Shown here one piece after another: positions 1 to 12,400 of a stretch of 64,000 bases of DNA. Position 1 is the stretch's first letter. Each line of letters starts with the position of its first letter. The DNA lies in NCBI GenBank assembly GCA_035221665.1, contig CM069137.1, forward strand, positions 76,880,001 through 76,944,000. The letters run 5' to 3'. The translations under genes and the position numbers were made by a program. The notes under the pieces were generated by a model. The model worked only from the letters and a program-made list of their open reading frames with translations. It was not told where the DNA came from and made no database searches. The DNA comes from Okamejei kenojei. Lineage: Eukaryota.

Positions 1-360
1 TTTCAACTGCTGCCTATGTTGCATACTTTTGGCTGGCATAATATTGTGTTTGGCATGTTCATGTTACAGATACGGGTTAGATTTTTTAAATATCTGCAGC
101 GCCCAAACAATGATTACAGCTGAGCTAAATGTTACTCTCTGTTCATAAACATGATGAAAGTATCACAATCATTTTAATTAGAAAGACAGCATGAAACACA
201 TAAAACAACACAAAGTTATGAGTTCTAAAATTACAACAACCATGAAATAAGATTAGCACATAGAAAGGCAACATATTTACAACAAAAATACTTTCCAAAA
301 TAAGATAAATAAATTGTTTATTCAAAGAATGATTCCAATGTAAAATGCCTTCTTTTGTAC

Positions 361-435
361 CTTTTATTGGAGCAACCTTTTCTTTTCGTGAAACTGGCTT
401 CACTTCTTCAGGAATAAACTCGGGAACACCAGACA
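361..435 (-). CDS. TTN: TTN PEVK exon, 75 nt, [25 protein letters not shown]
   Basis: caag acceptor, gtacaa donor, phase 1-1, P/E/V/K-rich. Confidence 0.85.
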
Positions 436-3400
436 CTTGAAGAAAGTTAATTTTTTGACAAAAGAACATCAAAGATGTGCACATTTAACATTTTAAAACA
501 ATATACCTAAAATTAAACATGGAAGCTGTGATTAAGACATGACACTCTTGTACTAATAACACCATAGTTTTGTATTTTGGATAATGGTTGAGTTTAGATT
601 ATTGCCACTTGTACCGAGGTACAGTGACGAGCGTTCTGGTATATATTATTATTGTTTTAGGAAGCCTAGATTATTAATGGGAGCTGCAGCCTGTCATGCC
701 ATTACATATTGACCACTGCACATCTCAATGTCCAGTTCTGGGCAGCCCAAAGGGACTTTCACAATGTAAATCTCACCACTCCCAGCAAAATGATTTCTAC
801 AAGTATCACAGCAATTGTAAAATGAAAATAACCCAAACTTATAAGATTTGTTTCAATACAACTGTCAGAGGCGTGGGATGACTCAAGACATTTTGCTGCT
901 TAATACTTAATCAGCCACTCGTGTCAAATTGCAGTACTGAGCTCTGCATCACAAGTCCTGGTACTTAATCAACATTCGCGAAATTGATTCAATGGGTTGA
1001 AGCAAGGCTTACGTCTTGCATATATGCAGTGCACCATCACCATTATGGTATTTGATGTAGAGCACTGGATGCCATTTGATGTAGAACATGGGATAATTGG
1101 ATGTAAGCATTGGATGCCATTTTGGAATCCAATTTCCAACTTATTGCCAAACAGTGGGTGTTGCTGTAGCTAAATTTTACATTGTCTGTTTTAATCATTG
1201 TATAACCATAATAAAGGTACCAAAAGTATTTTGTACAAAGACACACTCTGTATAATGGCACAAGCAAAACATTGCTGCATTAAATATGGCAGCAAATAAC
1301 TGAATGCTAAAAAAGAATACTGTCAATACGAAACTTCAAAAGCTTCCAAGATAATTAAAAGAGAAATTCTGATATGATTCATTTTATACCTTTGATTGGA
1401 GCAACATCTTTTTCTGTAATTGGTTTCACTTCTTCAGGAACAAACTTGGCAACTTCAGGCACTTAAAGATATTTGTTTTTTGGTTAAAAGAATATCAAAA
1501 ATGTGAACATTTTACAATGATGCACATAAACCACAAAAGCAACAACAGATACATGGCACAGTCCACCATCTTGTACTAATCGTATAATAATCTCTCATCT
1601 CATATCATGTTTCTGGTATACCTAAAGTTAAGTTAGTTAATTAATAAAGCAGCACAGCAAACTTGATTCCATACTAATCATTGAGATAGATTAATATTCA
1701 TTCTCATTCAACTCAATTCATATTTTTCACAAAAGTTCAATTCAATGAAATTATAATTTCTTATGGATAAATCTAAACCCAATTATAGACCTGGGTATTA
1801 TTGGATAAAATTCTATATAAGAAGGCTGGTTACTTTAGTGTGCATGGAATGGTCATGTTTAGACATAATATTCCTATGGTAATGCTAGTGCAGCCATATA
1901 TATTTATGAATACTTATTATTTAGAGCAATATGCTCCAAGTAGAATCCTGATGCCCTATCATCGTTTCAAACTGCGGGGCATTAAAATCTACCTATATTA
2001 CATTCTTAAAGGCAGGCCTCAGTCATTTACAATAACACAGTTATTGGTGTAAGTCACATCAAGATATATATATATGTATGTAGAACTGATGGTATTTTGA
2101 TGCACAAGCACCACCCATAACATCCAGACAATGGTCACTATTAAGACCAATTATATACTATGCTTTTTTTTGACTAAAACGTAGGTATTAAAATTATTTC
2201 AGTTACAAAGACAACACAATACAGTAACAAATGGACCAATTAATTACAGCAAACAATTAGATCACATGTCATGTAATAAGATTAACATGTAGCAGAGCAT
2301 TGGCAATCCGTAACCTTTGAACAGAAACACAAGACAGTGACAAAATGAATTCACTGTAATCCCAAGAATAATTCAAGGAAAGAACATTTCCTTTCTTTTA
2401 TACCTTTCACTGGAGTAGTCTTTTCTTTTTGTGTAGCTGGTTTCATTTCCTCAGGAACAAACTTGGGAACCTCAGGCACTTAAAAAAAAGTTTGGAAAAT
2501 AAATTGCCAATGATGTGACAAGATTGGGGACGCACACAACATTAAACACAAAATAAACCATCTACTATTTTGTGCTAAATCACACAATAATATTGTATTT
2601 TGGTTCTAATGTACAAAAAGGTATTGTTTGATGAAATGCCATTAGATAATGAAGTAATTATAATCCACCTTAATTATACACTAATACGTAGCCCAATTGA
2701 TTGCTTTGCAACCCATCACTTCAGGTAATTCAAACCTCAGGTAACACTAAATATATAATTTTTCTATGGACAGTACATAGCCTCTACATACATTTGTGGT
2801 GTTCTTACAGTTACTTTCCAATATATCTGACTTTTCATGTTTTTGGAACAGAACGTACTGTTTACTTCAAATATATTTGACGTTGATATCTTAAAACCGT
2901 GTACTGAACATTAATAATTTTTCAACAAAATTATGATGATTTTGAATAATTACTGATTTAGTTTACTACAATATAGATACATTGGAAACATTGCATGTTG
3001 TAGCCTGGAAGGATCCAGCTGCATAAATATTGATTGCGGTATTGGACCAGGCAACCATTGACAATTATGAGAGTGCAGGCGAGATAATTACTTCCATATA
3101 AGTATAGAGCTGTATGAGTACAGAGCATAATTATAATTTTAAATGGTTCTGTTGGGAGTTGGGTGTGGGGATGACAAGGGTGCATGGGTGGTGCAGATTA
3201 CTTCACACATTTAAAATAAAGACTGGTTGGAACACAAGGCTCCAAAAAATCAGTGTTGGTTTCCAATCATCAATGAACATCAGTTGTCCCAATGATCTGC
3301 TTATGGGCATCTTTTCATGCATTTTCATTACCTATTTGCCGTACAAATGCCATGTGCATCATCAAACAACTACAACTACCCAATTTGATGTCAGAGATTT

Positions 3401-6400
3401 TTGGCTATAATGTACTCATTATAAAAATTATTTCAATAAGGAAGACAGATTGACACAGCACAAGTGGCACACATGCACAAACAAAACAAAGTAAAAGAAC
3501 TCTTAACTGAACTACTTTATAAGATAGTGCCATATTGGCAGAAGCATTTATCCAAAGGATAATTAAAACATGTGCGTTCCTTTGTACCACAATCTTTTCT
3601 TCTTGTGGAATCATTTCTTCAGGAACAAACTCAGGAACCTCAGGCACTTTAAGAATTTAATTTTTGGACAGAAGAATATCAGAGGCACACACTCAGAACA
3701 TTTTAAAATAGCAATGCACGTAACATTAAATGCAAGGAAGCAACTAGTATATGATGCGTCCATTATCTTGTAGCAATCATATAACTATTATGATCTTGGT
3801 ATATGTAGATTACACCTTATGTAGCCTATTAAATAATTCATGTAGAAATGCTTGACTGCATATTAATTACAAGGTATTTAGTAATAAACTCAATTAATCC
3901 AAATTATTTAGATGAAAATTGCACTATTTTCCTGAGACAGCTTCTGGTGTTATTATGTCTGGCAGTGTACATGATTTATCTAGAGAACACGCCTCCAAAT
4001 GAAGTAAAACAGAAAATGCTAAAAAAAAAACACTTAACACTAGGCACATTTATGGAAAAAGACACAGTTAATGCTTCAAGTCTGAGACCCTTCACCACAA
4101 CTGAGAACGTGATATAGTTTAGCCCAGGTAGTAGAGAAGGCAGGGGAGTGCAAACTGAGGAATAAAGAGTTAACTGCCTCTTAATACTGCACACTTTCAT
4201 CCTTTCAGAGAAGTTCCCTTTAAGCCATCCATTCCCCTAATCTCTCAGCTATCTAGATTGATGCCAATTTCTCAGTTATGATGAACTGTCTCGAACCTGA
4301 AACATTACTGTTTCTCTTTCCATAGATGTGCTAAATCTGTTGAGTTATTCCAGAATTTTCTGTTTATATTCCATTTAGAGGAGTGGGATCTATACATAAA
4401 TTATGCACTGTTGATTTTATGTTTTATTTTGATTTCCAGCATTTATAATTTTATGCTCCACCATTACTATTTCTAATACAATATGTCTACTTAATTTAAA
4501 CAAAAAGTGAGCTACAAGAGCTACAAAATACAAATCAGGTTCCACGTAAATGCAGAGGCATATGAGCATACAATACAAGTGCACACAAACAAATACATAT
4601 AAACACACAATAGAAACACGCAGACTAAAGCCAATTGATCGTGTGATTAGAGGGTACACAAAAGGCTGGAGAAACTCAGCAGGTGCAGCAGCAAGTGATC
4701 GTGTGATTACTTCTTCTTAAATCCATATTTAAACCTTTGGATGCATATTTCCATACCTCTCATTGGAGGAACTTTTTCTTTTCTTGAAACAGTAACTGGC
4801 TTAACTTCATCAGAAACATCTTTCTTGAACACTTAAAAAAAATAGTTTTATTATTAGATAAAGCACAATGAAACTAATGGACATTATCTGCAAGATGTTT
4901 GAAAAGTGAAACTAAACATATAGGACAAACACATTTTATAAAATTAGACCACAAGGCATAATCAACTGATAGGAAGAATAAAAGTGGTAAATGGATTCCC
5001 ATGGTTTTGAATTTCATAGTGCTCTTTCATGAAAGAAAATACTAATACAACATTGTATTTTCAAAAGAGGAAAAATTACAATTAAATGGCAAATCAAAAT
5101 GCTTGAGACAGTAAGAGGACAGAGTGCACCTCTATTAAAATAGAACCCAAGTATATGTGTTTTCTTAAACACATATCTTGTGGTACTGATTATACATGAT
5201 TAAGGTGATTATGTATGCAAGTCAGTGATTCATTTTTTAAATATAGTTCCTGAAGTCTGCACTGATTTCAATAGATTTAAAACATTGGAAATAATGTCCA
5301 GCTAATTGTATACTTGTCAAGTTTTAAATTATATACGAGAGAATTCTTGTGCAGAAATGCAAGAATTGTTGAGATTCCTAACATGGCTTCAACAAACAGG
5401 ATTTCTACTTCATTAAATTCATTGACTTATTTGAGGACGTTTCTGAAAGACTGGATGGCGATGGTCTGCTGATGTTGCATAAATACATTTCACAATATTG
5501 CACCACATGGAAGGCTACTTGAGATTAAAAAAAATAGGTGGGAACAGTGGCTTTAAACAAATTGGACAGGTTAAACTTTTGCTTTATGAAAACCTAAAGT
5601 GCAATTTTTGGCATTCTGTTAGGTATTCTTTTGCAGAAGATAAAGAATAATTTCAAGATAGGCATTATTTGAAGAAGAAATAATCTTAAAAAATAAAATG
5701 ATTAAAGAAACATTAAAATAAATAAAAAGTTTGTCACTTGGAACTATCTTTTGCATAAGTTTCCTCTTCGTAGGTGATATGTTCAGCCTCAGCAAATTAA
5801 AATTATAAAATGTTTATGCTACTCATAATTCAGATATTAAAGAAATAAGATGCTTATCTGTTACAATATATCTGATCAAATAAAATCACTGAATTGGGCA
5901 ATGAATACCTGAAACATGAATAATGTTGCCTATAATCCATCAGTGACAGCAGCTCTTTGACACCCCATCCTAATGTTCATTCTTCAAATATAATTCTAGA
6001 CAACATGCACTATTAATCAAGGTAACATAATTGTGTCTCTACCTTTCTGATAATCAACTTCATCTCCCTCCAGAATTGTGTAAGTAACTTCTTCGTAACT
6101 CTTGGATATTTCAGTGACTTTAAAAGAGATATATTCTGTTAGTTTATATCAGTAAGAATATGTTTCATGCATGACAACACTTGAGACGAGGCAGTATAAG
6201 TTTACGGAAATAACATATCTTTAACTTTATCAATTTAATTTGAGCAAAATACTATTTTGACCCTCTTCTATTTATGTTCATTTGTTCTAAGACATATGTG
6301 TGATAGCAAATGGTCATCTCAGATGAGGAACTGTCTTCGGGGAAGTAAAGAGAATAACTAAATTAATATTAATAGAGATAAATAAATTATCACCAACTAA

Positions 6401-9400
6401 AACTTACATGGGCACGTCTTATTTCAAATAATTCAGCCTTATTATAGTCACACTCAGTGACTCTGCAAGGTCAGTTTTCTCACTGACGTACATTCTTGTT
6501 GAAAGGAAAGGGTTCTTAGAATAAAATCATACATTAAAAATATGACACCTACTAAGAAAATCAGCTATCAAATAGCAGAAATTATACCTCAGGTTTTACT
6601 GGCAAAATGATATATTACACTACTGAAATGGTAAAATCTTTAATAAACAAGCGTAGGATCTCCATTTGACATCCATACCAATCATGAATCGATCTATCTC
6701 TGCCTTAAAAATATCCATTGACTTGGCCTCCAAAACCTTTCAAGGCAATGCTACAGGTTACCATATGTCTGTGTTCACCCATAGTCAATTAGCCTCACCA
6801 TGCATATCTGACTCTCATGTAAGCCCATATAAAATTTCCCAGGGCTTTAATTTAGGAGCTGTTTCGGGTCACTAATTTGGAGGATGTAGATTATTGATTT
6901 TATTGAGTTTGGGCATTGGGTCCAATTTTTGGCAAGTTTAATTTCTATTTATCATCAATTTACTCAAATATTTTGGATTGGGCATGGATGCTATTGGGGC
7001 CAACTGGATAAACAAGAGTTCCAAGAATGCATGAGTGGATAGACATGCTGGCTGTTGAAGGCAAGGTTGGGAACAGAATGCATGGGTTGTGACTGAGGTA
7101 CCAAATATATCAAATATGTTACCTATTTCTTCAGTCCATTCTTCTGTAAAAAAAAGTAAAACTATGTCAATATTTCATGACACCAAGATAATTCAAGTGG
7201 GTGTATATACACAGCTAACTAAAAAGAATACATTGGGAGGTACAGGAAAAATAGTAACTTCAAAACTACAGCTAAAGAAGCATCCTAAATCCAAATAGTA
7301 GTTCTTAGATACACTTGTTGCAAAATAAATTTAAGAAAAAATTACAATGGGTCCTCAATTTGATGACACCAAAATCATACGAGGATCAAGTCCGAAGAAG
7401 GGTCTCGACCCGAAACATCACCCATTCCTTCTCTCCATCTCTGCCTTTCCCGTTGAGTTACTCCAGCATTCTGTGTCTACCCAAGATGATCAATATGTGT
7501 GTTGAGCCTGTGAGTAAAGCTGATGTAGAAAATGTGAAGAATGGCCAGGGAGAGAGCAAGGAACAAACTTTTGCACTATATTTGCAGCCCTAGTGGTGAG
7601 TTGGAGAGCAGAAAGAGGTCCCATTCCCAGATAGTTAGAAATGCACCAATAGATGTTACAATATGTATTCACGCCCATCACTCTTTAATGGTTGAAGGGC
7701 ATATCTAATGAAATATTTATCCAAAGAGAACATGACAGAAAATCATTGCAAATGTTGATGTGCATGCACCAATGTACCAAATCTTTATGACTCCATACTT
7801 TCCAGAATTGGGACCATCCCATGAGCAACTTTCAGGTCCAATCACAATTCAACATTTAAAAGGGCAATGCTACTTCTTTTAAAGTTGTAACAGCAGTAAT
7901 GACTCAGAGACTTCGAGTGGAAGAACAAGGCCAGCCATTGCTATGCATGTAAAGTTAGCAATCATATCTCTGACAGATTACTGCGATTGCTGGGGTGCTG
8001 GTTGGGCAGAGTAACAGTAGGTGTACGAAGCATGGACTTGTATATTCTCTCTCAAGGTGGCAGCAACCATCCACCCCTGATGCCAACCAAATTTTGGTGT
8101 CATCTTTCAAACTTTTGCAATACAATACATGTTTTGAGAAAATGCAATCATTAACTGCAATTTCTACACCGAGAAGCCTACATGGTCATCATCTAAATAC
8201 ATCTCTTGCCTTGTTTTAAGAAAGTTCTGCAACCGTTACTTGACAACTGAGATTGAACTGTGCAAGGGTGGCAAGAAGGCCAAAGACCAAAGACACTAAA
8301 GAAATGCAGATAGATAATTAGTTGTTAAGACATGGGAGCAGAATTAGGCCATTTAGCCTGTTCCGCCATTCGATCATGGCTGATCTAGTTTTCTCTTTCA
8401 ACCCCATTCTCCCACCTTCTCCCTGTAACCTTTAGCGCCCTTATTAGTCAAAAGCCTATCAATCTCCACTTTTAAAATACTCAATTACTTGGCCTTCTGT
8501 GGTAGCTAACTGGAAATAAGGAAAATGGCAGGATTTATTTATAATTTCTTTATAATCCTAATTCCCTTCCACTAGTCTTGCCCATACTACCAGTACCTAA
8601 TATGCCAAAGTACTTTGGGCACATTTATTCATCTAATTGGTACAGTAGTATCCTATCAATAGCTGCTTTCTATCCAAATTACAATGCAATAAATGTTTCC
8701 AGTTGAGGCCAAATGTATTTGATGTTAGATTCCTAAGTTAGATTCCAAAGTTAGATTCCTAAATTTTACCTGGAGATGGTTTTCTATCAAATGGAATTCC
8801 AATATCAGGAACATCTAAAGAATACAAAAGCAAGATTTTTTACTCGTTGATCATGTGGATTTATTTTCTCTATATTTTTGAATGATTTTATAGCAAAATA
8901 TTAAATTTCCATTATTTTGAGAAAAAGTAAACGAAAAGACATGACAAATAGAACTAATACTGTTTATGATTTATCCTAACTTACTGAAAATTGAATAATA
9001 GGAATATGAAATTTGTATGAATACATACCAGGTTTCCTTTGCTGTAAATTGATTTCTGTAATAATCAGATTTTAAATGATATATTAGTTAAAGAAACATT
9101 TAGTATCACTGAAAAAAATGTTTGAATTGTCAAATGTTCCTACCTTGGCTTGATACGTAGAGTTCTGCAGTACTTTTAGCTTCACCCTTGGTTCAAGTTT
9201 GGCAATTAATTTTGTAGTTGATGCAATGTATTTCAGAATTCAAAAGGCATATAGCACTGAATCAAAAGGCCTTAATGATGTCAAGGGAAGTGGTAACAAA
9301 TAAAACATAGAAACCATTCAGCCCTTCGAGCACTGCACCGCCATTATGATCATGGCTGATCATCCAACTCAGTAACCCGTACCTGTCGGATCTTGATATG

Positions 9401-12400
9401 AACTGGCCTCAACTACCCTCTGTATTCCAGAGACTCACCACTCTCTGTGTGAAAAAGTCTTTCTCATCTCGGTCTTAAAGGATTTCCCCCTTACCTTAAT
9501 GTGAACCTTCCCCAACATCGGGAACAATCTTCCTGCATCTAGCCCGTCCAATAAGAATCTTGAAAGTTTCTATAGATCCCCTCTCAATCTCCTAAATTCC
9601 AAGAGAGTAAAAAAGTCTATCCAGTCTTTCTTCATAAGACATGACATCCCAGGAATCAGTCTGGTGAACCTTCTCTGCAATGGCAATAATGTCCTTCCTC
9701 AGATTTGGAGACCAAAACTGTACGCAATACTCCAGGTGTGGTCTCACCAAGACCCTGTACCTACCTCCTGCTCCTGTAAAGAACCTCTCCCAATCTCCTT
9801 ATTTGATTATTCTAATGGGTTCTATTTTGGAATTCCTCACATACAACATCTTATCCATTATTTATATTCTTCCTTCTTACTTCTGAATACCTCTATCGGG
9901 TCACTTGTTACATTTAGTCATCCTTTCTTATTCTGATAACAAGTTCTGCCTTCATTTTGTAAATCATTTTTGTACTTCTCAGTGCTGATCAAGGTTCAAA
10001 ATTCAATTTAACATAATTTCTCTGATTCAAATTGGCTCACTGTAAGTTAGCCTCAGGAGGTAAAAAACAAAATAAATAACCACAGCAATGGAAAGAAGAT
10101 TAAATTATTACAATGAACAAACCTTCGTCTTCTGTTGTGACATTATGGATAGTCATAAAATGCCGGCGCCCTACTCTTCTGAAGCTATATTTTTCACTTT
10201 CTTTCAGCACCACCGTATCTTTAAACCAGGTTACAATGGCATCATCAAAAGACACTTCACACTCAAATACAGCTGACTCGTGTTCTTTCACCACAATATC
10301 CTGAATTGTCTTTGTGAATTCAATTGGGTGAGCTATAACACATAAAAACAAAAATTCATATTAAAAATCCACTCTCAAAATATGATTAGAATAACCCCAT
10401 TTTATAGAGCTACAAACCTTGAACATTTAAATCAGCAGTTGTCTCTTGATCTTCAAACCTGCAAGTAAATCGGCCTTGGTCCTCTGGTTTCAAGTCACTA
10501 ATAGTGACTTTCTGCAACTTATCCACAACATCTATGGAGTATCTGCCCTGCCCCTCAATTCTCCTCCCATTTTTAAACCACTCCGTTTTTAGATTTGGTA
10601 AGGAAAACTGGCAAACCATGATACAAATATGGCCTTCCTTTCCGGAAAGATTTTCAAGATGCTGTTCAACAATAGGTTCTGGAGAACACAAACCGATTTA
10701 AGTAAATTAGATGAGTTCAAAAGTTTCCAAACAACATTTAGAAATTAAAATATAAATATAATAACAACTTACCAACAACAGTTAGTTTTGCACTTGAGAT
10801 ATGTGGGCCACAGACAATGCGGAAGTTGCCTTGATCTTGCAGAGCACAGTCTTTAATCTTTAGACGATGAATGTCACCATCAATGCTAATTTCATACTTG
10901 CTATTCGATTCCAATTTTTCAGTCCCTTTGTACCAGGAAAGTTTAATTTCAGGATAATTTATTTTGATGGCACATTCAAACTCTGCATCTGCATTTGTAC
11001 GTACAACCTGATCTTCAATATCCTTGATTAATTCAATAGGCTGTAGAGAGAGTAAATAAATATATTTCAAAAAGGGAACACCCCAATGGAATATGATTTT
11101 AGGATTATAATGATGGAAATCTTACCTCGACTTTTTCTATTCTATGCTGGATATATTGAATTAATTCATTAAACTCCTCTTCTTCAGGACCTCGGTCCAG
11201 CTCTTCCACCTCCTTAATAAAGCACCAATTAAAGATAGTTACAAAAAAGCATGAATGTAAGACACCTATTCTCCCTAACAGTATAATGTCATATGGCACT
11301 GATAAACATAATCCTACGCACCACTCTGTGAGTTTCATCTCCTTTGCTGGCTTTCAACAGTTCAATGGCTTGGAGGAGACCACGGAAATCAGTAATCCCA
11401 TACATACGAGCATACTTTTCATACTCCTTCGGATCAACATTCCTTAAAAGTTCAACAATATCAATATCCTTATCTGCTTCTTCTTCCTTTTTCTTGGATG
11501 GTGTTCTTTTAAGATAAATGGCAAAATTAATTCATTATTGTTCTATTTTAATAATTGCATGCCAAAAGTTACATAAATCAACGTATCAATACAAAAATCA
11601 GTTTATTATCATCAATTTGTCACTTAAATGTATCCACTCCATTAAACAGGTCATGATGAAGAAAAAATATTAAGTTGCATTCAGTTACATTATGCAAATA
11701 ATCAAGTAAGATAGTCATCAAATGAAAAATCAAAAATGTGTTAGTGATACCTAAATCAAAATACTTACTTCTTCAACTTTGCTCTAAAGTCTGTTTCAAC
11801 TATAATTTCTTTTTTCTCTTCAACTTCTAAATTCATACCGCTTTCAATTTCACCAAATTTATTGGATGCAACACATCTGTACTGTCCAGCGTCAGTTTTT
11901 ATTATATCTTTGATTTCTAGTTTGGCCTCTTGCCCCTTTTGTTGGACAATAATTCGACCACCATGGTTCATTTGCCTCCATTTGCCTTTCATCCATTTAA
12001 CATTTGGAATTGGATCACCACCAACCTTGGTAATAAATGTTGCTATTTCCTCTGCAATGTAAAAATGACATTTAAATATCTTGCATCTTGCATCTTGCAA
12101 AAATATTTATTTTTAACAAACACAATAACAGAAAAAATGTTCAACTTACTTTCTATTCCTTTAAAGTTCTTTGGTTTCTCAATGAAGAAGATCTGGTCAG
12201 GTTGTGGTGGAGAAACCACTTTCTTTACTGCCTTTTTTTCTAAATCAGAACAAATTAAATGAATTTCATAGGTCCAGTTCTACTGCAATTCAGTACATCA
12301 TTTCTCAACAGTAAGTATTATTAATGTATGCTCTGTACAAAAATCAAATTTATCAAGCATGAATGCAAAAAGGTTTAGAACATTAGTACCATCATTTTGG

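Noticed and set aside
6400-6625. Donor-like sites at ~6407 (gtaagt) and ~6587 (gtataa) as further PEVK exons
   Set aside because: No acceptor found that gives an open phase 1-1 exon; candidate frames contain stops or frameshift
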